A DNA stretch of 64,000 nucleotides, from assembly GCA_964247055.1 (NCBI GenBank), contig OZ176050.1:14942001-15006000 (forward strand), read 5' to 3'. Source of the stretch: Paragordius varius. Lineage: Eukaryota > Animalia > Nematomorpha. How positions within the stretch are numbered: position 1 is the first letter of the stretch; every line of letters starts with the position of its first letter. The position numbers and the translations under genes are program-made. Under the pieces are notes generated by a model, which saw only the letters and a list, made by a program, of their open reading frames with translations, was not told where the DNA came from and ran no database searches. Shown one piece after another: positions 14,170 to 24,880 of this stretch.

Positions 14170-17100
14170 TTTTTTATATTATTTTTGTAAAATTTTATAA
14201 TTATTTTCATTCACACGCACGCAATATATGTATATATATATTTATAGAAAGGTTTTTATACGTCCTCTCGATTGTAACGATTTTTTAAGCTTCATCATTT
14301 ATGTCAAGGTTCCCTTTACCTCCCTCATCTTGATCCAGGCTCTTGACTGTAGGTGCCTGTTCGATGCCCACATCCTCCTATCGGACACATGAACTCACCA
14401 TCACATGTTTGAAGGCTTCCTTTCCACGTGGAGGAAGGTTTGCTGTGGTCTAAATTAGACCTGAGTGAGACGGTTACTGATTAACCCTTCGGGACTGGAA
14501 TCATCGTTCCAACGATATTCCATGGACATTGTTTTGGTGGTTTTTAAGCCTCCCTAGAGTCTTGTATGATTTGGAGCAACCAACAACCCCACTTGGGTAT
14601 GGATTGCTGCTCTCTTCCCTTTCCTTGGGCATATGACAAACCGTAACATGTCTTTTCATATTCTTTTCGTTTAAGAATTTAACCGCACAACCATCAACTG
14701 AACAGGATACTGAGGCGACTGTTTGTAAAGGTAATTTATTGACATTTAAGTCCTTCGATTTCCTTCCTGGATGCGCAAACTCAGGTAGTTTCCCATTCTG
14801 CACATGTCCGTTTGAAATCGTCAAGATTTCGACATTCGACTTCGTGTATACGAAGTAACCCGTTTACACCTTTGTTTAACACAGACCAGTCCAGATCTCG
14901 TTGGACACAGTGCTCCCATCTTTGTCTACAGCGTGCTTCGACTTTCGTTTTACCCAGCACCCCATCGTACAACTGAGCTGCTAGTTAGAAGTTTGACCAA
15001 GGCATAGCTTGCTGAACCAGCGCAGCCTTCTACTACTCAACAGTTCATTCACATGAGGGAGCTTTACCACTGTTGGAGACTTGGAAAGGGTACCTTATCT
15101 GATCGTGAAACACCCACACACCTTCTAATTCAGACATTGAGAAAACTATTCAACCTACTCACGTCTGCCTTAGTAGTGTTCCACGTTTCACAGCCGTACA
15201 ATAGAGATGGAACCACGAAACCCATTATCAGCTGCCGTTTTATCTTGTTAGCGATTTTCTTGCTTTCCAAGATAAGTTTCACTTTACGCAACACTTCTCC
15301 TTGTGATTTCGCGGCTGACACCTCCCTTCCTACAGATCTCACCGAGGTACGTAAAGCTATCTAAGTCTTCAATTACATACGTTTCTAGCTTTATGGTAGG
15401 TTGTCTTTAGTTCGACAACTCTAAGACTTTCGATTTGCTCATCGAAATTAGGATACCATATCGTTTAAACGTTGTGTTTAAACGTTCCAATGCCAAGGAA
15501 AGTTCATTTCGATTGTTACTGACTTGCACGATATCATCTGCGAATGCTAGTGTCTTCACTGCAGAAGTGCTCTGACTACAAGGGGAGGGTTTTTTTTAGT
15601 GATACTACCTTCCAGTTGAAGATCAGGTTCCCGAAGGCATGACTCTAGAAAGATGTTAAACAGGGCAAGTGAGAGTCTGCAACCTTGCCGAACGCCCCGT
15701 TCAGGTTTGAACTAACGCGAGGTATTGCCTTTCGACTTTACTCTCGCTTTATTGCCGTAGGTCAAATTGGCTATGAGCCTAAGTAACATCGGACCGCAGC
15801 CCGCTTTTCCCAGACAGTCCATTACCCCATGAGGGACGCTATCAAACGCCTTCTCGAGGTCAATGAAGATAAAGTGCGCCTATGTGTCAGCTATTCGAGA
15901 TTCTTCTTGCAACCTTCGAAGCGATAATATTAGGTCACAAGTAGATTTCCGCTCCCTGAACCCACATTGGTAATAGCCCACCACTTGTTTGGACAGCATC
16001 TGCAATCGTTCGTTCAGAATGCCACTGAAGATCTTCCCATCAATGTTGAGTAAGGAGATGGGACGATATGATTTAGGATCAATCGTCTTACCCTTGCCCT
16101 TATATATCGGATATATCCGCGACTTTCCAATCTTCCGAAATGCATTCCGTCTCTCAAACCCTTTCGAATATGCTCTTCAGGCATTCAATGACCGATACAC
16201 CACCCGCATGATACAATTCCAAGGCTATACCATCCTCACCACTACTCTTTCCAAATTTCATTTTCCTCAAGGACCGTTCGATTTCGTCTCTTGCGGGGAC
16301 ACTATCGTTACATTCCACACCGCTAGCGAACAATGAATCACCAAAGATGTCGCCACCACTTTTACGATACACGGATTCATAGTATGTGGCCATATCTACC
16401 ACATTAGCACACGGACCTTTCTGCTTATTTGCACTACTGTCCAGCCACTTGTTGCAAGTGCTTACCACCGCATCAAGAATTACAGAGATACCTTTCGAAT
16501 TGTTGTTCACTAGACAGTGCTCCACTTCTGTAGCTTTCTTATCTACCCATTCTGTCTTAAGGGCGTAAATCTTTTGTTTTACAGATTTGTTTAGGGCTTT
16601 GAATGAAGCCTTACATTTTAACTGGCTTTTCCACTACAGATTGTTTTCAAAGTTTTCGTTTGGCGTTAATGTCAACAAGAATTTCTTCTTGATTTGGACC
16701 CGGGCACACGTTTAATCCCGTTTTCGGAAACGCAGGAATACATTCTCTTAATGCATTCTTTAACGTTGTTACATCAATCTCCCCACTGTGTGAACGTAAC
16801 CTCTCTTTTACGTTGTGTTCAAAGTTTTCTCTCAATTATTTGATAGTCACCAGGGTTAGAAGTTCGTCTTTAATTGGCCTCCTGTGTCAAGGTAGGTCCT
16901 TCTTTGGACGAGTTCTTTGCCTTTCACTGACGAATTTTTCCAACAACCCGTGTCCGTAAGATGTCTTTCAACATCCATAACCCAGAAGCTAATTCCCCTG
17001 TGAACTAGTATCCGATCATGGGTAAAGCCTTTGCTACTAGGGTGTACCCAAGTGTCCATTTTCCAGTAAGGTTTCTGGAAAAGCTTCCAACATTCTTAAG

Positions 17101-17959
17101 ACCATGTACATAGTTTAACGAGAGATTACCGTTATTGTTTCCAGCATGATTTCTAGCAATGTTCAGTTTTCCGAACATGCCATTACTTTCGCCTGATCGA
17201 TCGACTTGAGCGTTAAAATCACCAAGGACCATATATCCCGATTTTATGTTTTTCAGTGGAGCACCAAGAGTATCGTAAAATTCCGATTTTTCAACAGCTT
17301 TTGCCGATTCGACCGGGGGGTAGACCGAAAATATCGTTATGTCATATTTATTTACTTTCAGAGCAATTCTTGGACTAATGTCCTCGAATTGGCAATTATC
17401 GGCAATACCTTTCTTGATAAGAAACCCGCATCCACGTGTACCCGCCTTATCGCTTGAGCCTGTAAGGGGCCTGTATGAGAGGACATCCTTGTCTAACCCC
17501 TTGCCATGGCACTCCGGCACTGCAAGAATGTCAACGCCTTTCTTTTCTCACGCGGAGCTCACACTTCAGGCCGTTGACATTCAGAATACCTATTTGGATG
17601 CTTCTGTTACTAGAGCCTGGTCACACCCTTTTTTCTCGGATTGTTGTTGTAGGATAACTGTTTTGTAATGTATTCGAAAAAATAGTAGTACTGTATCTCA
17701 TGATTGTATTGAATAGGCTGTACACTGTGAGTTATGGGTTTGCCAAAGCCCGAGAACTCAAAACCTCCTTTGGTTACACAGTCCAGTGCATAGACTGCTT
17801 GGCCAACTAGAACAGTATCGATTGTATCGGTTTGTCGGAAGTTAGTCTCCTCCTTCCGACCCTTCACCTGTTAGATTTGCCTTGACCCTGTTTGCCGTCA
17901 TTAAAATGACGTTGCCCGCCGGATCACCACTAGGAGGTGGGGTAGGACTCTGATCCAGC
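14170..17959 (-). mobile_element. Element B: RTE-clade non-LTR retrotransposon (APE endonuclease, RT, C-terminal C2H2 fingers), frameshifted
   Basis: APE motifs IGILNVNGL (~17590), DILAV, SVYPP, GDFNAQV, WVHP..DRILV; RT motifs KSSGEDGI, YRPISLL, QCGFR, FIDLEKAFDSV, GVRQGC, AFADD (~15540); RTE-type LLYGCETW and RRRLRWF. Many stops and frameshifts; 3' boundary approximate (A-rich tract ~14170). Confidence 0.88.
17881..17959 (-). ncRNA. HDV-like self-cleaving ribozyme at the 5' end of element B
   Basis: GCUGGAUC..(P2 ACCC)C-ACC-UCCUAGU-GGU-GAUCCGGC-GG-GCAAC-GUCAUU-UU-AAUGAC-GGC-AAA-CAGGGU; the GGGCAAC...GGC.AA core matches the HDV genomic ribozyme. Confidence 0.8.
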
Positions 17960-18024
17960 ATCCCATGGTAAATTTCCTGACACGTCCCGCTTTAAACGCA
18001 GCGGTCCTTTCGATTCCATATAGG

Positions 18025-18365
18025 AACTATAGTCACTCCAGAAAGGAGAAAGCAGTTGTGTCCATGCTAAGGGATTGCAGTTCCTAGAGCCTTTTCGTTC
18101 TTGAAACCCCTATACGATCTAGACACTGTAATCGGAGTGTATTGGCCTGAGCACACAATCACTAACCCCCATCCAACGGCGTACGTTCCCAGTCACAACA
18201 AGCCAACCTTGTCAGAGACTTGCTGTCAACCTGTATTAGGTTCGACACCCGGTGCATCTTTATATCGAGTAAGGGGTTAATTATACCGATCGTTATAGTA
18301 GATTTGTACCGTTTTGTGGCACTTAGCACAAACACCGCTCGCGGAGGTGGGAGTAGTTTGCCACC
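18025..18365 (-). mobile_element. Short non-coding element A: truncated ribozyme head plus body homologous to element C
   Basis: Directly abuts the 28S break; begins GGTGGCAAACTACTCCCACCTCCGCG (P1-P2-P3 5' half, rest deleted); body alignable with 13635-13900. Confidence 0.75.
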
Positions 18366-19054
18366 ATCGGTGTGGTAACTTTTCTGACACTCCCGCTTTA
18401 AACTCGAAATATCAAAAGGATCGACAGGCCACGCTTTCCCGGTTCGTATTCATGCTGAATATCAAAATCAAGCCATCTTTTGCCCTTTTACTCCGCGAGG
18501 TTTCTATCCTCGCTGAGCTCGCTTTAAGACACCTGCGTTACCATTTGACAAATGTACCGCCCCAGTCAAACTCCCCACTTGACACTGTCTTCGAAACATC
18601 CATCACGCTAGCCAACGTTGCCACTAGCGCATAAGAACAAACACAGAATCTGTAACAGCACACATATCATAAGCACATATACCCCGAGGGGTAATACATA
18701 TTCACATGAGCCACATGCCTGAACACATACGCAAGTAAAAGCAACAACCCACGCTCACAGCTAAAACCATAAAGCCCCAACAAGGAGGCTTCCATTTTCG
18801 CACAATCGAATAAGTAAAGAAACGATGAAGGTAGTGGCATTTCACTGTTAGTAACCCTCCCATTAATCCTACACCCTTCATGTGTCTTCACAGAGTCGGA
18901 TTAGAGTCAAGCTCAACAGGGTCTTTTTTCCCCGCTAATTCCGCCAAGCCCGTTCCCTTGGCTTTGGTTTCGATAGATAGTAGATAGGGACAATAGGAAT
19001 CTCGTTGATCCATTTATGCGGGTCACTAATTAGATGACGAGGCATTTGGCACCA

Positions 19055-19094
<40 letters not shown>

Positions 19095-20110
19095 ATTGAA
19101 TTTATTCACTTTGACATTTAGAGCACTGGGCAGAAATCACATTGCGTCAACACCGACCAACAGCCATCGCAATGCTTTGTTATAATTAGACAGTCGGATT
19201 CCCCGAGTCCGTACCAGTGACTGTTAATTGCCAGACGAAGCGTACATCGACACCACGAGTGCGACTGAGACCGCATTAGCTGAAGTAATGGACAATAAGG
19301 ATTCGGCGCTGTTACAAACAAAACCCAAAGGTTACACTTAGCCAGGCACGATTCCAGCTATGCTTCTCACTACAGACCGATCGGCCCAGACTTTAAAGCC
19401 AATCCTTTTCCCAAAGTTACGGATCTAATTTGCCGACTTCCCTTACCTACATTATTCTATCGACTAGAGGCTGTTCACCTAGGAGACCTGCTTATGGGTA
19501 CGATCTGGTACGAAAATTATGCGCCATTCTCAAATTTTCACGGATCCTTAACGGTGCTTCGGACACCACAACAGCCGTTATGCTGATTCCATTTCCCTAT
19601 CTACGGCTTAACCGATTTTAGGCGAATCTCTTCCCCTCAAAGCAAAGAAAACTTTTCCCGAGACCGCCAAGAATGTATTTGAGATAGCTTGCGTTACCGC
19701 ACTTAATTATACCCAGCTGTTGCACCGAATACAACCAATCTCCGTTACCAGGTTCGGGAATATTAACTTGATTCCCTTGCGCCAACCGACGGTTCACACA
19801 AACACATAGGATACAAACCAACCAGTTCACAACGAACTTATCCTGTAGCTTAGGATCGATTGACCCATGTGTAACTGCTGTTCACAGGAACCTTTCTTCA
19901 CTTCAGCCTTCAAGGTTCTCACTTAAAAATTCGCTACTTTTACCAAGATCTGCACCAAAAACGGCTTCAAACCGGCTCAACCCGAATCCTTCGACGCTCA
20001 TCCTTGCGACTCTCTTACTCATTCGATTCGGACAAAAAACATATGACACCTTTTCAATGGTTGGTTATAGGCTCAACGCTATAGCGCCATCCATTTTCAG
20101 GGCTAGTTGA

Positions 20111-20144
<34 letters not shown>

Positions 20145-21613
20145 ATTCTGACTTCCATGGCCACCGTCCTGCTTCTATAACACTATTTGTGGTATCTAAT
20201 AAGCGTTAATATCGGGCGCCTTAACCCAACGTTTAGTTCATCCTACATCGCCAGTTTACCGAAAATGGCCCATAAACATTCATAGCTCGACCTATCAAGC
20301 GACACAAGCTGCTTACCCATTTAAAGATTGATAATAGGTCGAGACCGTTTCGATCCCGAGATTTCTAATCATTCGCTTTACCGGATAAAACTGTTTTCCA
20401 TTTACACCAGCTATCCTGAGGGAAACTTCGGAGAGAACCTGCTACTAGGTGGTTCGATTAATTTTTCGCCCCTATACCCAGGTTTGAAGATCGATTTGCA
20501 CGTCAGAATTGCTTCAGACCTCCACCAGGGTTTCCTCTGTCTTCACTCTGCCCAGGCTTATTTCACCATCTTTCGGGTCCCAACATGTACGCTTTCTTTC
20601 CACCACATCATGATTGCTCCGATCATGGCAGAACAGAAGGGACAATGTAAGAAACACACAATTTCCTTCTCAAGCTTGCGACAAGCTTTTTACTTTCGTT
20701 ACACCCACGGGTTTTTGAACTGTATTCCCTGAGACTTGCGCCTGTTATACTTCTTGGTCCGTGCTTGACGAGTCGGCAAAGCATTGATTTCCACGCCGCA
20801 TACCTTGTTCTAGGATGCGTACCTTCCTATCACTTGGAATCGACAAGGTGGGCAGTTTTTACACCGTTACCAACCTATTGTTTCGCACACACACAATTTA
20901 TGACAGAAAGAACGCGCTTCAAGAGCAACTAAAATATAGTGTTCGATATCAATCACAGGAATAATAGTAACCACAGAAAAGGCTTGTGAAGCATAAAATA
21001 CCTTGTTCCCGCACCAACCCAGGATTAACACCGCAATTAGCAGCGGCAACGACGTCACTTAAATACCATCCAAGTCACATGCAAAACAGGCTTGGTTGGA
21101 TAAGTAATAAATTACCGGTCTCTACACCAAACATATTTATATGCTTCCAATCAAGGATAACAAGTTACTCTTTCCAAGCTTTTCCGCTTAACTTTAAGCG
21201 ATTTCATGTACTATTTAACTGTCTCTTCAAAGTTCTTTTCAACTTTCTCTCACGGTGCTTATGCGCTATTGGACCGTGTTTATTTAGTCTTAGAGGAAGT
21301 TTAATACCCAATTTAGGCTGCAATCCCGAGCAACCCGACTCTAGGGAAAACAAATCGAACTTTGTGCACGCCAAACAAAACTTGGCCTCTCTTTGGGTAG
21401 GAGCCGCTATCAAACGGACTTAAGACAAGCAACAAATCCCGAATAAAGTTTTAATTCACGCCACATTTCTTGTCACTCGCATGATTGAAAGATTTAGCGC
21501 GGGACTTATCCCTATTTCACTCACAGTTACTTTAGGAATCCTCGTTAGTTTCTTTTCCACCGCTTATTAACATTCCTAAATTCAGCGGATGTTCACGCTC
21601 TATTTGAGGTCTA
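18366..21613 (-). rRNA. 28S rRNA: 28S rRNA, degenerate copy, 3'-truncated at the U2449-equivalent site
   Basis: GACCTCAAATAG..CCGCTGAATTTAG 5' end; conserved core blocks present (e.g. GATGACGAGGCATTTGGC, CCGCCCCAGTCAAACTCCCC on + strand); stops at GTTACCACACCGAT; the expected AACTGGCTTGTGG... continuation is not found. Confidence 0.93.
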
Positions 21614-22057
21614 AAATCAAATAGCATGTACTATACTATAACACTACCACGAGATATACGAGATATAGGGAACACGAAGGTCCCACAACGCAAGCCGGTA
21701 GCTAAAATACACAACGTGAAAAAAATTATTAACATTTTTCAGAATACGCAAGCCGTGTAGAGCTATCACATATAATTATCCCTTTAAAATGGTCTAAAAA
21801 CCGAACCTACAACATCATAACCAACATGGTGTAAACATTAAATGTTTTGATCCCTTCCTCCAACACATATAAGGGGCGACCATCCCTCCCACATTTCTAC
21901 CCCGTAAGCGAATCTACGGAAGTAAGGGCATTTAACAAATCCTCTGCCCCAGCGTTAAGACATACCAATTGCTTCACACAAGCCGACAGGTATTCGCATT
22001 AACACATATCACAATAAAATACGTGTACTTGTATACAAGTAGATGTATAAGATAACA

Positions 22058-22208
22058 AAGACCCTTAAAAGAACGAGGCCTAAAGTGCAATTTCTAAGCC
22101 GCCATATGCATTCAAAATATCATTGTTCAGTGTGCCCTGCAGCAATAATTCTTGCATTTTGCCGCGTTCTTCATCGACACACGAGCCAAGTGTTCTACCG
22201 CTCAAAGA
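22058..22208 (-). rRNA. 5.8S rRNA: 5.8S rRNA, degenerate copy
   Basis: GAGCGGTAGAACACTTGGCTCGTGTGTCGATGAAGAACGCGG...TGCAGGGCACACTGAAC; ends approximate. Confidence 0.9.
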
Positions 22209-22605
22209 TATACATTAACATATTTTTTATGTTACAAACGTCAATATTTTGAATGATATAACCCACACATAAAGATAGGCTTAATTCACATGTATAATAA
22301 ATAAGTACTCACTACTTTTGACATGTTAGTAAAGAAAAGAACTGAATTTATGACAAAACCAAACTGTGACATAAAAAAGAGCATTAGCCTTCAGCACATG
22401 AAAGGTTTAAATAAATGTCACAATACCATGCACATTCTCACTCTCGGAACCCAAAACTTGGAGACGTACAATAAGTTTCTCGGCATAACTACACAGCATA
22501 TTTACCGCAGTAATTATACCGTATCCCAAAAATATGCTAACACCACCCACGAAAAGAATAGTACAGAAACACACAAACATGTTTGAGTGAACTGTTTTAA
22601 AACGA

Positions 22606-22749
22606 TAATGATCCTTCCGCAGGTTCCTCTACGGAAACCTTGTTAATACTTTTACTTCCGCAAAATGACTGTAGATTAATTTTCAGATTCATTGCCTGAC
22701 ACCCGAAAGCATCAAATTAAAACCTGTCTAGAGACCTCACTAAATCATT

Positions 22750-22784
<35 letters not shown>

Positions 22785-24320
22785 CCAGAGACGCAATCAA
22801 CGCTAACTTATGACTCGCGCTTACTGGGAATTCCTCATTCAAGGAAAATAATTACAATTCCCTATCCCCATCACGAAAGAGTTTCAACATATTACCCAGA
22901 AATCCTCCCGGACCAGGGAAATATTACGCTGATTCTTTCAGTGGAGCGCGCGTGCCACCCCCGACATTTAGGGTCATCACAGACTTGTTATTGATCAATC
23001 TCGTGCGACTGCAATATTGTCGCTTATCCCTCTAAGCTTCGCGACGTCAACGTTCTAGTAATCAGTAGAGTCTCGTTCGTTATCGGAATTAACCAGACAA
23101 ATCATTCCACCAAAACGGCCATGCCCCACCACCCACTGAATCGAGAAAGAGCAGTATCCTGGCCGGGTGAGTTTTCCCGTGTTGGGTCAAATTAAGCCGC
23201 AGGCTCCACTCCTGATGGTGCCCTTCCGACAATTCCTTTAAGTTTCAGCTTTTCAACCATACTTTCCCCGGAACCCAAAAACTTTGGTTTCCCAAAGGCT
23301 ACCCGTCGGGTCATGTATACCACGACAAATCGCCGGTCGGCATCTATGGTCAGAACTGCCTTTGAACCTCTGACTTTCGCTTGATTAATGAAAACATTCT
23401 TGGCAAATGCTTTCGCAGTTGTTCGTCCTGCAGCGGTCCAAGAATTTCACCTCTAGCGCCACAGTGCAGATGTCCCCGTCCGTTCCTCTTAATCATTTAC
23501 TCGGATACCGAAAACCAACAAAAAACCGAGGTCCTATTCCATTAATCCATGCCCAGATATTCGAGGTATCGAGCCTGCTTTTAGTCTAATTTTTTCAAAG
23601 TAAACGTTCCGGTTAACCAAAGACACCCAGTGAGGACTTAAGACAAGAGGATTGTAGGTCGGACAAGGAAACGATCACAGCTAAGCGGGCTCCCTCCCGC
23701 TAACCGAGATCCAACTACGAGCTTTTTAACTGCAACAACTTTAATATACCCTTTTGGAGCTGGAATTACCGCGGCTGCTGGCACCAGACTTGCCTTCCAA
23801 TAGATCCTCGTTAAAGGATTTAAAATGATCTCATTTCAATTACAGCTTCTCGTAAGAGACCTGCATTTGTTATTTATCGTCAGTACCTTCCCGAACTGGG
23901 AGTGGGTAATTTGCCCGCCTGCTGCCTTCCTTGGATGTGGTAGCCGTTTCTCAGGCTCCCTCTCCGAAATTTAACCCTGATTCTCCGTTACCCTCTACGA
24001 CCATGGTGGGCATATAACCTACCATCGGCATTTGATAAGGCAGACATTTGAAAGATACGTTGCCGGTACAAGACCATGCGATAGGCAAAAAGTTATTTAG
24101 AGTCACCAAAAACGGTTAGTTTTTGTTCTAATAAAATCTATCTAACCATACAATTCGTTAGCTCTAGAATTACCACAGTTATCCATGTAACATTGACAAT
24201 CTAACAAACCATAACTGATTTAATGAGCCATTCGCGGTTTTACTTTGAGTAATTTATACTTAAACATGCATGGCTTAATCTTGACAAGCGCATATGACTA
24301 CTGGCAGGATCAACCCGGTA
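22606..24320 (-). rRNA. 18S rRNA: 18S rRNA, degenerate copy with many small deletions
   Basis: TACCGGGTTGATCCTGCCAGTAGTCATATG ... GCGGAAGGATCATTA; 1715 nt; conserved GTGCCAGCAGCCGCGGTAA and GTACACACCGCCCGTC present. Confidence 0.95.
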
Positions 24321-24880
24321 TCTTTTACAGTTAAGACAGATAATACAATACGATAACGACACGAATGCGCGTTATAAAGCATACGACGTCACTGAGAACA
24401 AATCCCACACACACCGTACTAGTATAAAATAATTTATACATGGTATCGTTGTAGCCAAATCTTTTAAGATATTAGCTACTTGAACAAAGCACATCACCAC
24501 TTTATCACGATAAACAATAGCTTTAATGCAACCTAACCTTCGACAATAAAGTTTAAACGTCAAAGTTAGATGTAACACTCTTTTCCATCACCAATTAACT
24601 AGTTACCATAAGTTCAAACATGTAATGCACCTTGGCCTGCAATTAAATATCAGTTTTTCCCAACAAACGACCACCTTAGACATAGATAGATGACATTACA
24701 TTTGAGCAATAAGTGTTAATAACTTTTATCCACTGCAATAACTAAGAAAATTCGTTTATGAGATTTTTTTAGCATTGTCTCCGATTACAGTTAAAGTAAG
24801 TAGCAACCAAACAATTCAAAGGACCGGACAGTGCCATTCCGCAGAACGCACAATACTTCGCAGGGGATGCAGACGGAACG
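24321..24880 (-). other. Probable 5' external transcribed spacer
   Basis: Upstream of 18S, GC-richer than the flanking DNA, dropping to AT-rich repeat sequence at ~24880; the boundary is inferred. Confidence 0.5.

Noticed and set aside
15053-17668. Plus-strand ORFs (15053-15364, 15989-16336, 17206-17668)
   Set aside because: Antisense shadows of the retrotransposon coding strand.
14170-17959. R2 or R1 element
   Set aside because: R2 has a C-terminal restriction-like endonuclease and no APE; R1 has a gag-like ORF1. Both target sites are empty here and the motifs are RTE-like.
13635-18365. Nuclear group I intron(s) at L2449
   Set aside because: The site matches, and GGGAU could pair with GUCCU in element B. 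However, there is no ordered P/Q/R/S core, no terminal G followed by the 3' exon, and the 5' ends fold convincingly as HDV-like ribozymes ahead of an APE-RT ORF.
18600-18810. Foreign insertion inside 28S
   Set aside because: It lies at a variable expansion-segment position between conserved core blocks; no TSD or element features.
18314-24578. ORFs called over the rDNA (e.g. 18314-18634, 20328-20732, 20986-21423)
   Set aside because: They are chance frames in GC-richer rRNA and spacer sequence.
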